Shown: positions 47,456 through 58,424, numbered from the stretch's first letter. The stretch: DNA of 64,000 nt from an uncultured Clostridia bacterium (GCA_944381115.1 CALWJV010000008.1:3612-67611), one strand, 5' to 3'. Program-made: numbers and translations. Notes: generated by a model from the letters alone, not told the origin.

Positions 47456-48382
47456 TCAATATATTGGAGTTATCCAATTTTTATAAATTTCGTTTTTACC
47501 TTTGGTTGCATCAAGGTATGCATTGTGGAGAAAAGAGGTAATATTTCCCGGATCTCCGTTATTTAAAATATATTTATCAATAGATAGCACAGGTGTGATT
47601 TCCATTGCAGACCCGCATAAAAACGCTTCATTACAGGTGTAAAGTTCGGTTCTGTCAATCGACCTTTCGATGACCGGAATATGTGACGCTTTTGCAAGTT
47701 TGATAACGGAGTCTCTAGTAATACTTTCAAGAACACTGTCTGTAAGCAAAGGAGTAACCAACGTTCCGTTTACTATCATAAAAAAGCATGATCCCGGGCC
47801 CTCTGAAACTTTACCTGAATCATTAAGAAAAATACAGGTATCGTACCCGTTCCGAATGGCTTCTCGCTGACCGACACGGCTATTGATATAATTTGCGCCG
47901 CACTTGATCCGTGGAGAGAGCGACGTATCGGATATTCTTCTCCAGGAAGTAACGCAACAGTTAAGCCCTTTTTTATTGTATTCAGAACTGGTTTTTCTCT
48001 TTGGAATTGGTGATATAAACATACCGACAGGTTCTTCAGAGCCCCAGGAGCCGAATCCGTCAACAAACAAAGTTTGACGCACAGAAAGATTTTCATCGTA
48101 TTCATTTGCTTTTATGACATCAACAAAAGCCTTCTTGAAGTCCTCTTTAGTGTAAGGGCAATTTATTTGTATCAATTTTGCGGAACGAAGTAAGCGGTCA
48201 AAATGATCGTCCAATCTGAATGCATACAGTTGTTTTTTTTCATCGTTCCAATAACAAGGAATTCCTTCAAATACATTTAATCCAAACTGTGCAGTTGGGG
48301 AAAGAATATTGATTTTTGCATCGTTTACATTAATTATTCTGTCTTTGTACCAAATGAATCTGTTTGAAACATCAGTTTTCAT
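47456..48382 (-). CDS. Fold-type IV PLP aminotransferase (branched-chain/D-amino-acid aminotransferase family)
   Basis: 308 aa. FGLNVFEGI, IKCGANYINS (Lys region), EGPGSCFF, ESITRDSV. Confidence 0.75.
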   Translation of the reverse strand: MKTDVSNRFIWYKDRIINVNDAKINILSPTAQFGLNVFEGIPCYWNDEKKQLYAFRLDDHFDRLLRSAKLIQINCPYTKEDFKKAFVDVIKANEYDENLSVRQTLFVDGFGSWGSEEPVGMFISPIPKRKTSSEYNKKGLNCCVTSWRRISDTSLSPRIKCGANYINSRVGQREAIRNGYDTCIFLNDSGKVSEGPGSCFFMIVNGTLVTPLLTDSVLESITRDSVIKLAKASHIPVIERSIDRTELYTCNEAFLCGSAMEITPVLSIDKYILNNGDPGNITSFLHNAYLDATKGKNEIYKNWITPIY

Positions 48383-48395
48383 AAACTTAATCCTT

Positions 48396-49121
48396 TTAAC
48401 TTGTCACTTTAATTTTTTCAGAAACCTCTTCGTCGGGTAAATGAGCAATGCGAATAATTTCTTCTTCTGCAGATCTTGCTGCATCTTCATCATTCATGGA
48501 GACGTCGGATTTTTTTTCATAAATATCCTGTTTTTTAAAAACTTTGGCAATGGTGCCGATCAAAATACTTAGATCTACAAAAATACCGTGTTTTTTGAAT
48601 TTATCAATATAAATGTTATCGTATGTGACTTTTTCATCCCAGGAGTTTTCATTTCTTCCTTTAATTTGAGCAAGTCCCGTAATGCCTCCGCGAACTTCAA
48701 AGCGTTTTTTGTATTTTTTGTTCAGTGTATCGAAATCACCGAGTTCATAAGAAACACATGGTCTGGGACCAACCAACGAAAGATCACCTTTTACCACATT
48801 CAAAAGCTGTGGTAATTCGTCTAAACTGCTGTTACGTAAAAAGCGTCCGACTTTAGTAACACGGGGATCGTTTTTATAGTTAAATAAACCGGTTCCCATG
48901 CTTTCGGCATTGACAGCCATCGATCTGAATTTGTACATTTTAAAAAGACGTCCGTTTTTTGTCCGTCTTTCTTGTGTGAAAAATACTGGTCCTTTACTGT
49001 CACATTTTATAGCGATCGCAATTATGATCCATACAGGAATTAAAATTACAAGTGTGACGGAGCAAATTATTATATCAAAAAGCCGTTTTAAAAATTTATT
49101 AATAAAATACCACATATTCAT
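48396..49121 (-). CDS. Small monotopic phosphoglycosyl transferase (bacterial sugar transferase, PglC/WbaP C-terminal type)
   Basis: [57 protein letters not shown]. Confidence 0.85.
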   Translation of the reverse strand: MNMWYFINKFLKRLFDIIICSVTLVILIPVWIIIAIAIKCDSKGPVFFTQERRTKNGRLFKMYKFRSMAVNAESMGTGLFNYKNDPRVTKVGRFLRNSSLDELPQLLNVVKGDLSLVGPRPCVSYELGDFDTLNKKYKKRFEVRGGITGLAQIKGRNENSWDEKVTYDNIYIDKFKKHGIFVDLSILIGTIAKVFKKQDIYEKKSDVSMNDEDAARSAEEEIIRIAHLPDEEVSEKIKVTS

Positions 49122-49124
49122 CCT

Positions 49125-50336
49125 TTAAAAAACAAAAGTACGGAAAATATCGTCAAAAGTTTCCCCTTTTTTAATTATTTCAAGTTTTCCTTCGGAAATA
49201 TCAATTATAGGGAAGTTCGGAAGAATAAAAGGAGGTTTCAAAACTACGGAGTAAGAACCTACATTTCCGAATAATACCATATCTCCTTTAGCAAGTTTAC
49301 CATTATAATGGCGATATAGAAAATCAGATTCAATACACGTAAATCCACCGAAGTCCAGATCATTGTATTTTTTTTGGTTCTCTCCCATTGGGTATATCTC
49401 AATTGGAGAGTTTTTTTTATTCAAGGTGGGGTGAATGTTGTATATACTTCCGAGTAAAGTAGCGATTGCTTTACCTCTCACAGTTTTAATATTAACAACT
49501 TTCGCGGCAAAATTCATACAATCACCAACAAGAGCGCTACCGGGTTCGATCAAAAGCAAAGGCTTGGTTTCCGTGTTTTTGAAATGTTCGGCAAAAACAG
49601 GTGCGACCGCCTCCGCATATTGCTTAAATGTAGGAATTTCGGAGTCAAACTGTACCTTAAGTGAATCCGGCATTTTGCCGAATAATCCGCCGCCCAGGTC
49701 GATATGTTCCGGTACAATTCCAAGTTTATCGATTAAATTAAGCATGCCGGTTACGCGAAATTTCCATGATTCAAGTTTTCGGGTAGAAAAATGGCACTGC
49801 ATGCCGATCAGATAAAGATTTTTATATTCATTGAATATCGAAATTGCACGGTAAAAATCATCTGACTCTATATCAAACCCGAATCTGGATAAAATACCGT
49901 CATTAATGTCGAAGTTGCAGCGGATACCTATATTCAGTTTACTTTGGGGATATTTTTTTGCGATTTCGGCAATCAGATCGATTTCATATGCTGAGTCGAT
50001 ATTAACTGTGCCTCCCATGATGAGTAACTGCTCAACTTTTTTTGCGTTTTTGAACGGACCGTTCCAAATAATATTATTGGGTTCTACACCAATGCGTAAT
50101 GCAATTTCCAATTCCATATCGGAAACAACTTCCGCAAAACCTCCGAGTTCATTGACTATTTTGCAAAGTTTCGGAGTATAGTTTGTTTTGTAAGAATAAG
50201 CAATATTGAATTTGGGATATATATTTGTAAATTCAGATTTTAATTCCAAAAAATTTTGTCTGAACTGTTTGCTATCAAGCAAATAAAAAGCGTCACCAAA
50301 TTTTTCGGTAAGTTGTTTTATTTCCGTATTTGTCAT
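49125..50336 (-). CDS. Orn/DAP/Arg-type (fold-type III) PLP-dependent decarboxylase
   Basis: 403 aa. FYLLD, AYSYKTNY (PLP-Lys region), IDLGGGL, EPGSALVG. Confidence 0.75.
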   Translation of the reverse strand: MTNTEIKQLTEKFGDAFYLLDSKQFRQNFLELKSEFTNIYPKFNIAYSYKTNYTPKLCKIVNELGGFAEVVSDMELEIALRIGVEPNNIIWNGPFKNAKKVEQLLIMGGTVNIDSAYEIDLIAEIAKKYPQSKLNIGIRCNFDINDGILSRFGFDIESDDFYRAISIFNEYKNLYLIGMQCHFSTRKLESWKFRVTGMLNLIDKLGIVPEHIDLGGGLFGKMPDSLKVQFDSEIPTFKQYAEAVAPVFAEHFKNTETKPLLLIEPGSALVGDCMNFAAKVVNIKTVRGKAIATLLGSIYNIHPTLNKKNSPIEIYPMGENQKKYNDLDFGGFTCIESDFLYRHYNGKLAKGDMVLFGNVGSYSVVLKPPFILPNFPIIDISEGKLEIIKKGETFDDIFRTFVF

Positions 50337-51169
50337 TGTACATTACTCCTTTGCATCTTTTCGACAATCCTTGATACACGGTACCTGACATCCTGTTCAT
50401 TTCGGATAAAATCTTCGTTGGTTGCTTTTGATAAATTTTTTTCAAAATTTCTTAAACGTGTCATGTTTTCCGAAAAGATCATTTTGATTATTTCAGTATC
50501 ACGGACCTCATCCGTATTGCAAAAACTCCTGGAAAGTATCGCTCTTGTAGAGCCGAGTCTATAATGTTCCATAATAATTTTTTCAGCAGGGAGTATACCT
50601 TCACCTATTCTTGCAATACCGCCAAATCCGTAAGGAATATTATATTGCTTTATTTTTTTACACAACATATCAACGGTTCCGTTTGCAAGAAGTTCAAACA
50701 TAAAATTCAAACCGTAACTCAGATGAAGATCGTTTAAACCAATGTGAATTTCATCGAATCCTCCGAGTGCAAGAACATTGTCAAGGCATTCAATTGCTTC
50801 TTTTGTTTCCAACAACAGTGTTGTTTTTGCTCTGCCGTTTATATGGCAGATAAAGCGCTGTACATCATCGACAGACTTCCACATGGGAAGCATTAACATA
50901 TCTGCTCCGGCATCAATTACAGCGTCAATTTCCGCTTTTGAATCGGTGTTGATCGGGTTGATACGAACAAGCAGTTCGGATTGTTTAATTGTAGGACGGA
51001 TTTTTTTAATATCATCAATTGTATGATGGGACTTTACAGAATCAATATTCCTCTGTCTTTCCTCTTTTCCGAGTGTTTCTAAGTCAATCCATATCCGATC
51101 AACGCCACAGCTTTGCGCAATTTCAGCAACATTCGGATCATTCGTTATGTACATTAGTTTCAGAGCCAT
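50333..51169 (-). CDS. HpcH/HpaI aldolase / citrate lyase beta-like family protein
   Basis: 278 aa. GVDRIWIDLE, MLMLPMW, LLLETKEAIECLD, IHIGLNDL fit a TIM-barrel class II aldolase pattern. Overlaps the decarboxylase gene by 4 nt. Confidence 0.6.
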   Translation of the reverse strand: MALKLMYITNDPNVAEIAQSCGVDRIWIDLETLGKEERQRNIDSVKSHHTIDDIKKIRPTIKQSELLVRINPINTDSKAEIDAVIDAGADMLMLPMWKSVDDVQRFICHINGRAKTTLLLETKEAIECLDNVLALGGFDEIHIGLNDLHLSYGLNFMFELLANGTVDMLCKKIKQYNIPYGFGGIARIGEGILPAEKIIMEHYRLGSTRAILSRSFCNTDEVRDTEIIKMIFSENMTRLRNFEKNLSKATNEDFIRNEQDVRYRVSRIVEKMQRSNVQ

Positions 51170-51613
51170 ATCTTCCTTTTCTTCCTTACTAACTTAACTT
51201 TGAATGGTTGCAAAACGGGCCGTAATATGTTTTATATCATTTGTTTTAAAATTACATTTGTTGTTTTTTATGAAAAAACGGTGTAATAAAAATTTTAAAC
51301 GCAGCAAAAATAATAAAAACATAAAAAAGATTTTATAAAAAAAGCAAAAATTTTAATCAAAAATATTATATCATATTATAATTTTTTTGTCAACCTAAAA
51401 TAAATAAAAAAAAACAATAAAAAAATAGATATTTGTGTAATTTTAGGCATTATAAATAAAATTTGTCAAATTTTTTATTCTTTTTACTTTTAAAGAAAAT
51501 AATAAAACCGGCTTTTATTTTAAACAAAGCCGGTTTATTGTTTTAAGTATTTTCTGACATATTTTTAAGAAAAAATACGGTCAATTATCAAAATAACATT
51601 TTATGAATCGTAC

Positions 51614-52924
51614 TTACTTCAAAAAAACTTCTATTACCGGAACGGTAACATCCGGTTTTACATATGGAAGTTTAAATGCAACCATATTTTTGCTTTCAGA
51701 TGAAAATTGGGTAAAATGGTCGACAGCATTTAATGAATAAAGAATTTCACTGCCGTCGTGAAGGAACTGAGCATAATCGATCTTATCTGCAAGTCCCTGA
51801 AATTCAAGAAACGCATACGGATACTCCATAAGGTGTATGTAGAGACGCTTACCGTCATTGCTTTGTGTAATCCGAGTTCCTCTCGGGGCAATAAATTCCG
51901 GTTCAGCCTGAGTGCATCCGTAGATAGAGGCACTGTTATATTTCATCCATTCAGCATATACCCCGAGAGATTTTTCTGCACGTTTGTCAAAATAACCTTT
52001 CGCTGTCGGTCCAACGTTCATAAGCAGGTTTCCGCCGATGCAAACGGTATTAATAAGCATATGGATCAGCATTTCGGGAGATTTCCAAGTGGACTCGTCT
52101 CTGTGATAGCCCCAAGACCCGGAAAATGTCTGACACGCTTCCCAAGTTACAAGTTCGCCTGTTTCTTTGTGTTTTACCCATTCGAGTACTTGATACTGTT
52201 CGGGGGTCCAAATATCCTGCTCAATATCTGCTCGGTTATCAATAATTATGTCTGGCTGGAGGGAGCGTGCTGTTTTTATAAGTTTTTCCGATTCCCAGGA
52301 ATCTTTACCTTTACCAAGAGTCCAGACCGGTTGTTTCGTATCATCGGGATAAGAATAATCAAACCAAAGGATATCGATTTTTCCGTAATTGGTAAGCAAT
52401 TCGGTTACCTGATCTCGTAAGTATTGTGCGTATATTGACATATCTCTGCCTTCGTTAAGATCTTTTGCGTTTTTGTCGTTTCTTCTGGGATGTATACGGT
52501 CTATCGTGAAATGCGGGTGATGCCAGTCAATGAGTGAGTAATAAAAGCCGATCTTGATTCCTTCGGCGCGGAAAGCATCAACGTATTCTTTTACAATATC
52601 TTTCCCGTATTTTGTATTCATTACGTTATAATCAGTGTACTTTGTATTAAAAAGACAGAATCCTTCATGGTGTTTTGTAGTTAAAACGGCGTACTTCATA
52701 CCAGCCGCTTTAGCCTGCCGTGCCCAATCTTTTGCATCAAACATTGTCGGGTTGAAATATTTAAAATACTTATCGTATTTTTCTTCCGGGATACATTCTC
52801 TGCTTTTTACCCATTCGTGTCTTGCCGGAAGAGAATAAAGTCCCCAATGAATGAACATTCCGAACCGTGACTCTTTGAACCATTCAGTGTTTCCGGGGGT
52901 TTTTCTTGTAACATAACTTGACAT
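51614..52924 (-). CDS. Alpha-L-fucosidase, GH29
   Basis: WFKESRFGMFIHWGLYS, AGMKYAVLTTKHHEGF, ILWFD. Confidence 0.9.
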   Translation of the reverse strand: MSSYVTRKTPGNTEWFKESRFGMFIHWGLYSLPARHEWVKSRECIPEEKYDKYFKYFNPTMFDAKDWARQAKAAGMKYAVLTTKHHEGFCLFNTKYTDYNVMNTKYGKDIVKEYVDAFRAEGIKIGFYYSLIDWHHPHFTIDRIHPRRNDKNAKDLNEGRDMSIYAQYLRDQVTELLTNYGKIDILWFDYSYPDDTKQPVWTLGKGKDSWESEKLIKTARSLQPDIIIDNRADIEQDIWTPEQYQVLEWVKHKETGELVTWEACQTFSGSWGYHRDESTWKSPEMLIHMLINTVCIGGNLLMNVGPTAKGYFDKRAEKSLGVYAEWMKYNSASIYGCTQAEPEFIAPRGTRITQSNDGKRLYIHLMEYPYAFLEFQGLADKIDYAQFLHDGSEILYSLNAVDHFTQFSSESKNMVAFKLPYVKPDVTVPVIEVFLK

Positions 52925-53167
52925 TAATTCCTCCTTCTGCCGCTTTAATGCGGCGGCCGATTACGATCGGATTTTTATTTTTTTTATTAGGTCTGACTAC
53001 TTAGTAAGTATAACATTTTTTAGAAAAACAGTCAATGTTTAAAACGACAAAAAAAACAGCAATTTTTATTCAAAATGTAATAAACCGGAAAGTACCGGAA
53101 TAAAATTTTAAAGTAATTTCCATATAGAAAACGATAAGAGATTATATCAAAAGAAGGGCAGAATTTT

Positions 53168-55402
53168 ATGAACGGAGAGGCAAAGATAAATAAACACAGG
53201 TTACGGGGAAGATACACGGTACTTTTAATATTTTTTGTTACATGCTTTTCTGTTCTGATAGGGCGGCTTTTTATACTTCAGGTAATAAAGCATGATGAGT
53301 ATAAACAAAAGGCAGAGGATAATATACAGTCAAAAACTCCTTTAAAGGCAGATAGGGGTATAATATATGACAGAAATATGGTAGAACTTGCCACGAATGT
53401 TACTTCTTGGCGGGTATTCATTTCTCCAAGAGATATAAAGGACGATGCAACAGCCGAACTGATAGCAAGAGGGCTTTCCGACATACTTGATGTTTCGTAC
53501 GAGACGGTGATTTCAGGGGCAAAAAATAATGCAACAAGAGACAGAACGGTTAAAAAGAAAGCAAATGCGGAGGAAAAGGATAAAGTCATCGCATTTGCAA
53601 TCGAAAACGGTCTCACAAGCCTTATACATACCGAAGCCGATACATCGCGTTATTATCCATTTGGCTCACTTGCAGCGCATGTAATAGGGTTTATGGGTAC
53701 AGATAACGGACTGAACGGGATAGAGTCTTATTATGACAGTTATCTGACCGGGACAGACGGATATTACATAACCTCAAAAAACGCTGCAGGTGAAACACTG
53801 CCGGATTCTTACGATACATATATAGACGCAGTTGACGGGTGCTCGGTTATAACTACAATAGATGTTACGCTGCAGTCGCTCCTTGAAGCACAACTTGAAG
53901 CAACCTATAACGATTCAAAGGCAGAAAACCGTGTTACGGGTATTGTCATGGATCCGGATACCGGTGCAATACTTGCGATGGCAACTTACCCTACGTTTGA
54001 TTTAAACTCCCCATATGTACTTGATCTTGATTCGGCAAAAAAAATTTCACTCATGGGGCTTACAAGCGGAACCGAAGAATACAGGAAGGCATATAATGAT
54101 GCATTATATCAGATGTGGAACAATAAATCCGTATCCACTCTTTATGAGCCGGGTTCGACATTTAAAATTTTTACCACCTCTGTTGCATTGGAGACAAATG
54201 TAACAAAAGTCAGTGAGGGCTTTTTCTGCTCCGGATCACTTAAAGTACAGGGTTACGGTTCTCCCATCAGATGCCATAAAAGGCAGGGACATGGCAGTTT
54301 AAATTTTGCCGAAGCACTTCAGAAATCATGTAACCCGACCATGATGACGCTTGCCGCAAGAATAGGTAATACGCGTTTTATGGATTACTTTATTAATTTT
54401 GGTTATACAGGAAAAACAGGAATAGACCTTCCCGGTGAGGCGCTCGGGATATTTCATAAACCGGAGGATTTCAACACGGTTGAACTTGCTGTTTATTCTT
54501 TTGGTCAAACTTTTAAGACCACAGCCATACAGCAACTTACAGCAGTTTCCGCTGTGGCAAACGGAGGAAGTATAGTAACGCCTTATATTGTAAGTGAGAT
54601 CAGGGATAAAAACGGAAATATCGTATATTCAAAGAGCGTAGAAGAAAAGAAAAAGGTTTTGTCAGATGAAGTGTGCGCCACTATAAGCGATATTCTTGAA
54701 GAAGGTGTTTCGGGTGATGGAGGTGCAAAAAACGCAGGTGTTGCAGGATATAAGATTGCCGCAAAAACCGGAACGTCTCAGAAAAGAGATATAAAGGATG
54801 AAAATCTTTACGTCGGATCCTGTGTAGCATATGCACCGTCTGATTCAGCGGAGATCGCGGTAATAATAGTTGTTGATGAGCCTAAAAGCAATATTTATTA
54901 CGGCAGTGCTGTTGCGGCTCCATATGTTTCGGAATTTTTAAAAGGTGCTCTTCCTTATCTCGGGTACGAACCGTCGTTTACCGAAGAAGAGGAGCAGAGA
55001 CGTAGTATAACCATTGGCAATTATATAGGCAAAACCGTAAAAGAAGCAAAGGCAGAGATAGAAAAAATGGGAATAAAGGCTGAGGTTATAGGAGACGGAG
55101 AAACGGTAAGTTTTCAGGTACCGTACGAAAATGTAAAAATAATAAAAGAAAACGGAAGGATTTTACTGTATACCGAGGGAAAAGAAAGTACTGTTGCAAA
55201 AGTTCCGGATGTTGTCGGAATGAGTGCAACAGATGCAGTGAAAATACTTGTCGACAGAGGTTTCAATATAAGCATAATTGGTGTTACAGATTACAGCAGA
55301 GGAGTGGGAGCGACGGTAATTTCGCAGTCACATAAAGGCAGTGAACTTGAGAAAGGTTCGTCTGTTGAAATAACTCTTCGCTATCTTGACGGAACGGAAT
55401 AA
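53168..55402 (+). CDS. Class B penicillin-binding protein (SpoVD/FtsI type) with two C-terminal PASTA domains
   Basis: N-terminal TM, transpeptidase motifs STFK (EPGSTFKIF), SCN and KTGT, and two PASTA-like repeats at the C-terminus. Confidence 0.9.
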   Translation: MNGEAKINKHRLRGRYTVLLIFFVTCFSVLIGRLFILQVIKHDEYKQKAEDNIQSKTPLKADRGIIYDRNMVELATNVTSWRVFISPRDIKDDATAELIARGLSDILDVSYETVISGAKNNATRDRTVKKKANAEEKDKVIAFAIENGLTSLIHTEADTSRYYPFGSLAAHVIGFMGTDNGLNGIESYYDSYLTGTDGYYITSKNAAGETLPDSYDTYIDAVDGCSVITTIDVTLQSLLEAQLEATYNDSKAENRVTGIVMDPDTGAILAMATYPTFDLNSPYVLDLDSAKKISLMGLTSGTEEYRKAYNDALYQMWNNKSVSTLYEPGSTFKIFTTSVALETNVTKVSEGFFCSGSLKVQGYGSPIRCHKRQGHGSLNFAEALQKSCNPTMMTLAARIGNTRFMDYFINFGYTGKTGIDLPGEALGIFHKPEDFNTVELAVYSFGQTFKTTAIQQLTAVSAVANGGSIVTPYIVSEIRDKNGNIVYSKSVEEKKKVLSDEVCATISDILEEGVSGDGGAKNAGVAGYKIAAKTGTSQKRDIKDENLYVGSCVAYAPSDSAEIAVIIVVDEPKSNIYYGSAVAAPYVSEFLKGALPYLGYEPSFTEEEEQRRSITIGNYIGKTVKEAKAEIEKMGIKAEVIGDGETVSFQVPYENVKIIKENGRILLYTEGKESTVAKVPDVVGMSATDAVKILVDRGFNISIIGVTDYSRGVGATVISQSHKGSELEKGSSVEITLRYLDGTE

Positions 55403-55498
55403 TTTTCTTTATCAATAAAAAATATATTTTTGCATATAGAATTTTTACCGCCAAGGTTAAAATTTAAAATAAAAAAGAAGAATCGGAAAGGAAAAAAT

Positions 55499-56971
55499 AT
55501 GTATAAACTGACAGATTTGCTTAAGAACACAGAATACAGCAGCAATAAAGAAGATCTGAGTGATATATATGTAAACGATATAATTACAAATAGCAAAGAG
55601 GTAACGCCGAAAAGTCTTTTTATCTGCCTTAAGGGGTGCAAATACGACGGACATAATTACATAAAAGAGGCTGAAAAAAGAGGTGCAGAAGTAATTATAT
55701 GCAGCAATAAATGCCGATACAGATCTGAAAAAGCTGTTCTTATTCATGTTGAAAATTCAAGACAGGTTTACGGGGAGGTTTGGAGAAACGCTGCAGGCAA
55801 TCCCGATAAAAGACTGAAAATAATTGCAATAACGGGAACAAACGGCAAAACGACGGTAAGCACAATGATATACACCGCACTTAACGCAGCCGGAAGGAAA
55901 TGTGCGCTGATAGGAACACTGGGCGGATATTATAATGGAGAAAAAACATCAATAGGAACAATGACGACACCTGATCCCGAAAAACTGTATCCGCTACTGA
56001 AAAAATATGCCGATTTGGGTGCGGAGTATGCAGTTATGGAGGCGTCAAGCCACGCTCTTGCACTAGGAAAACTTGACGGCATTGAATTTTTTGTAGGTGC
56101 TGTAACAAATCTTACACCGGAGCATCTTGATTTTCATGGAGATATGGAACAGTACTGTATTGCCAAAGCCCGCCTTTTCAATCAGTGTGAGAAAAAAATA
56201 TTTTGCATTGATGATAAATATATAAAAGAGATGTTTGAACGTGCAAACGGAGAAAAGAAAAGCGTCTCAGTTAAAAATAAAAATGCTGATTTTTATGCAG
56301 ACAATATTATTCTTGACGGTATAAACGGAATAAGTTTTGATTTTAAGTTTAACGGGGGCAGTGTTTCCGTAAAATCCGATATTCCCGGGTCATTTACGGT
56401 AAGTAACGCACTACTTTGCGCTGCGGTACTAAAAGAACTCGGCTTTTCACTAAATGAGATAAGATACGGAATATACGCACTTCACGGAGTAAAAGGGAGA
56501 ATGGAAAAATTACCAATAGAAAAGGATTTTTCCGTTTTTATTGATTTTGCGCATACTCCCGACGCTTTACAAAAACTTCTTGAAACAGTAAATAATTTTA
56601 AGAAAAAAGGGCAGAGAACAGTAACATTGTTCGGTTGCGGCGGAGACAGAGACAGATCAAAGCGTTCTCTTATGGGAGCTATTGCTTCAAGGCTTTCTGA
56701 TTTTGTAATAATAACAGCAGATAACAGCAGAAGTGAAAAAGTTGAATTAATAATAAACGATATAATGTCTGGATTTGACAAAAAGTGTCCATATAAAATT
56801 ATTTTTAACAGAAAAGAAGCAATAAAATTTGCTATTGAAAGTGCTGGAAAGGGCGATATAATACTTCTTTGCGGTAAAGGGCACGAAGAATATGAAATAG
56901 ATAATTCCGGCACGCATCCTTTTTCTGAAAAAGAAATTGTTTATAAAATATTGAAAAAAATCGGGCGGTGA
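55499..56971 (+). CDS. murE: UDP-N-acetylmuramoyl-L-alanyl-D-glutamate--2,6-diaminopimelate ligase
   Basis: ITGTNGKTT P-loop, and DNSRSE in place of the DNPR determinant. Start set at MYKLTD (55499). Confidence 0.85.
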   Translation: MYKLTDLLKNTEYSSNKEDLSDIYVNDIITNSKEVTPKSLFICLKGCKYDGHNYIKEAEKRGAEVIICSNKCRYRSEKAVLIHVENSRQVYGEVWRNAAGNPDKRLKIIAITGTNGKTTVSTMIYTALNAAGRKCALIGTLGGYYNGEKTSIGTMTTPDPEKLYPLLKKYADLGAEYAVMEASSHALALGKLDGIEFFVGAVTNLTPEHLDFHGDMEQYCIAKARLFNQCEKKIFCIDDKYIKEMFERANGEKKSVSVKNKNADFYADNIILDGINGISFDFKFNGGSVSVKSDIPGSFTVSNALLCAAVLKELGFSLNEIRYGIYALHGVKGRMEKLPIEKDFSVFIDFAHTPDALQKLLETVNNFKKKGQRTVTLFGCGGDRDRSKRSLMGAIASRLSDFVIITADNSRSEKVELIINDIMSGFDKKCPYKIIFNRKEAIKFAIESAGKGDIILLCGKGHEEYEIDNSGTHPFSEKEIVYKILKKIGR

Positions 56972-56996
56972 TTTTATTATAAAGGTAAAAACTCTC

Positions 56997-58424
56997 TTGG
57001 ATGTCGTGGGCGGAATACTTATTTGCGGAAGTCCGGATACAGAGATTGAGGGATTTGTATGCAACAGCAATAATGTAAGGTGTGGTAACTGTTTTGTAGC
57101 AATAAAAGGGAAGCATTATGACGGAAACAGTTTTATAAAAGAAGCAGAGAAAAAAGGTGCGGTTGCAGTATTAAGCGATAGTAAAACTTCATTGGAAACA
57201 GAACTTTTATCCGGGTCTTCAATTTCATTGCTTCTGACTGACAATGTATATAATGCTTTGGGAAAAGCAGCAAAATTTCACCGTGAAAATTATATAAAAA
57301 ATGTTATCGGAGTAACCGGAAGTGTAGGTAAAACAACTGTAAAAGAACTTATATATTCTATACTTTCGGAAAAACTTGACATATTTAAAACAGAGGGAAA
57401 TAAAAATAATGAACTCGGCCTTCCACTGACAATATTATCGGGGAATATGTCAAAAAATGTCGTAATAGAACTCGGAATAAGCAATTTTAATGAAATGGAA
57501 AAATTATCTGGAATTGCACAACCCGATGTTTCCGTAATTACGAATATAGGAAATATGCATATAGAAAATTTTGGTACAAGAGAAAATACTGCGAGAGAAA
57601 AACTTAAGATATTGACCGGAATGAAAGAAAACGGAACACTGGTTTTTAACGGAGATGAAAAACTGCTTACTGACTTTCCCGAACTTCCGGATAACAGGGT
57701 TACCGTGTCTGAAAAAAACAATGAATGTGATATTTTTGTTTTCAACGTCAGAACTTCATCTGCCGGGACTTTTTTTGATGTAAAAATAAATATAAAAACA
57801 GAAGATCAAAAAACTTTCCGTAAAAAGAATGATTTCAAGAAATATATGGATATTTTTGTACCGATTATTGGTAACCACGGAGCGTTTGATGCTGCATTTG
57901 CATTGGCAGTAGGAGAAATTTACGGTTGCTCTGAAGAGCAAATAAGAAGAGGATTAAAAAAATACAAGCCTTGCGGTGACAGGCAAAATATTGAATATAT
58001 AAACGGGCGTTGCTATATATTTGATTCATATAATGCAGGTCCGGAATCGTTTGATGCGGCACTTAATGTGCTTAAAATAACCGCTGAAGAAAAGGGAATA
58101 AAATATAAGGCTGTTTTGGCGGGAAGTATGCTTGAACTTGGTAATATAAGCAAAGAAGAGCACATAAAACTTGGTAAAAAAATTGCAAATAACGGAGCAG
58201 ACCTTTTGATAACCGTAGGTGAAGAAGGCATGTATATTGCCGAAGGTGCTGTATCCGCCGGAATGAATAAAGAAAAAGTTTCGGTTTTTCTAAATGAGAG
58301 CGATATGGAAAAAATATTTGAAAAACTTAAAAATAATTTAAAAAAAGGTGCAATTTTGCTTATAAAGGGAAGCAGAGGAATGCACCTTGAAAGAATCCGG
58401 GAGTATATAACTGAAGATTTTTAG
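56997..58424 (+). CDS. murF: UDP-N-acetylmuramoyl-tripeptide--D-alanyl-D-alanine ligase
   Basis: GVTGSVGKTT P-loop and dcw position. Start uncertain: TTG at 56997 or an upstream ATT/ATA. Confidence 0.85.
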   Translation: MDVVGGILICGSPDTEIEGFVCNSNNVRCGNCFVAIKGKHYDGNSFIKEAEKKGAVAVLSDSKTSLETELLSGSSISLLLTDNVYNALGKAAKFHRENYIKNVIGVTGSVGKTTVKELIYSILSEKLDIFKTEGNKNNELGLPLTILSGNMSKNVVIELGISNFNEMEKLSGIAQPDVSVITNIGNMHIENFGTRENTAREKLKILTGMKENGTLVFNGDEKLLTDFPELPDNRVTVSEKNNECDIFVFNVRTSSAGTFFDVKINIKTEDQKTFRKKNDFKKYMDIFVPIIGNHGAFDAAFALAVGEIYGCSEEQIRRGLKKYKPCGDRQNIEYINGRCYIFDSYNAGPESFDAALNVLKITAEEKGIKYKAVLAGSMLELGNISKEEHIKLGKKIANNGADLLITVGEEGMYIAEGAVSAGMNKEKVSVFLNESDMEKIFEKLKNNLKKGAILLIKGSRGMHLERIREYITEDF

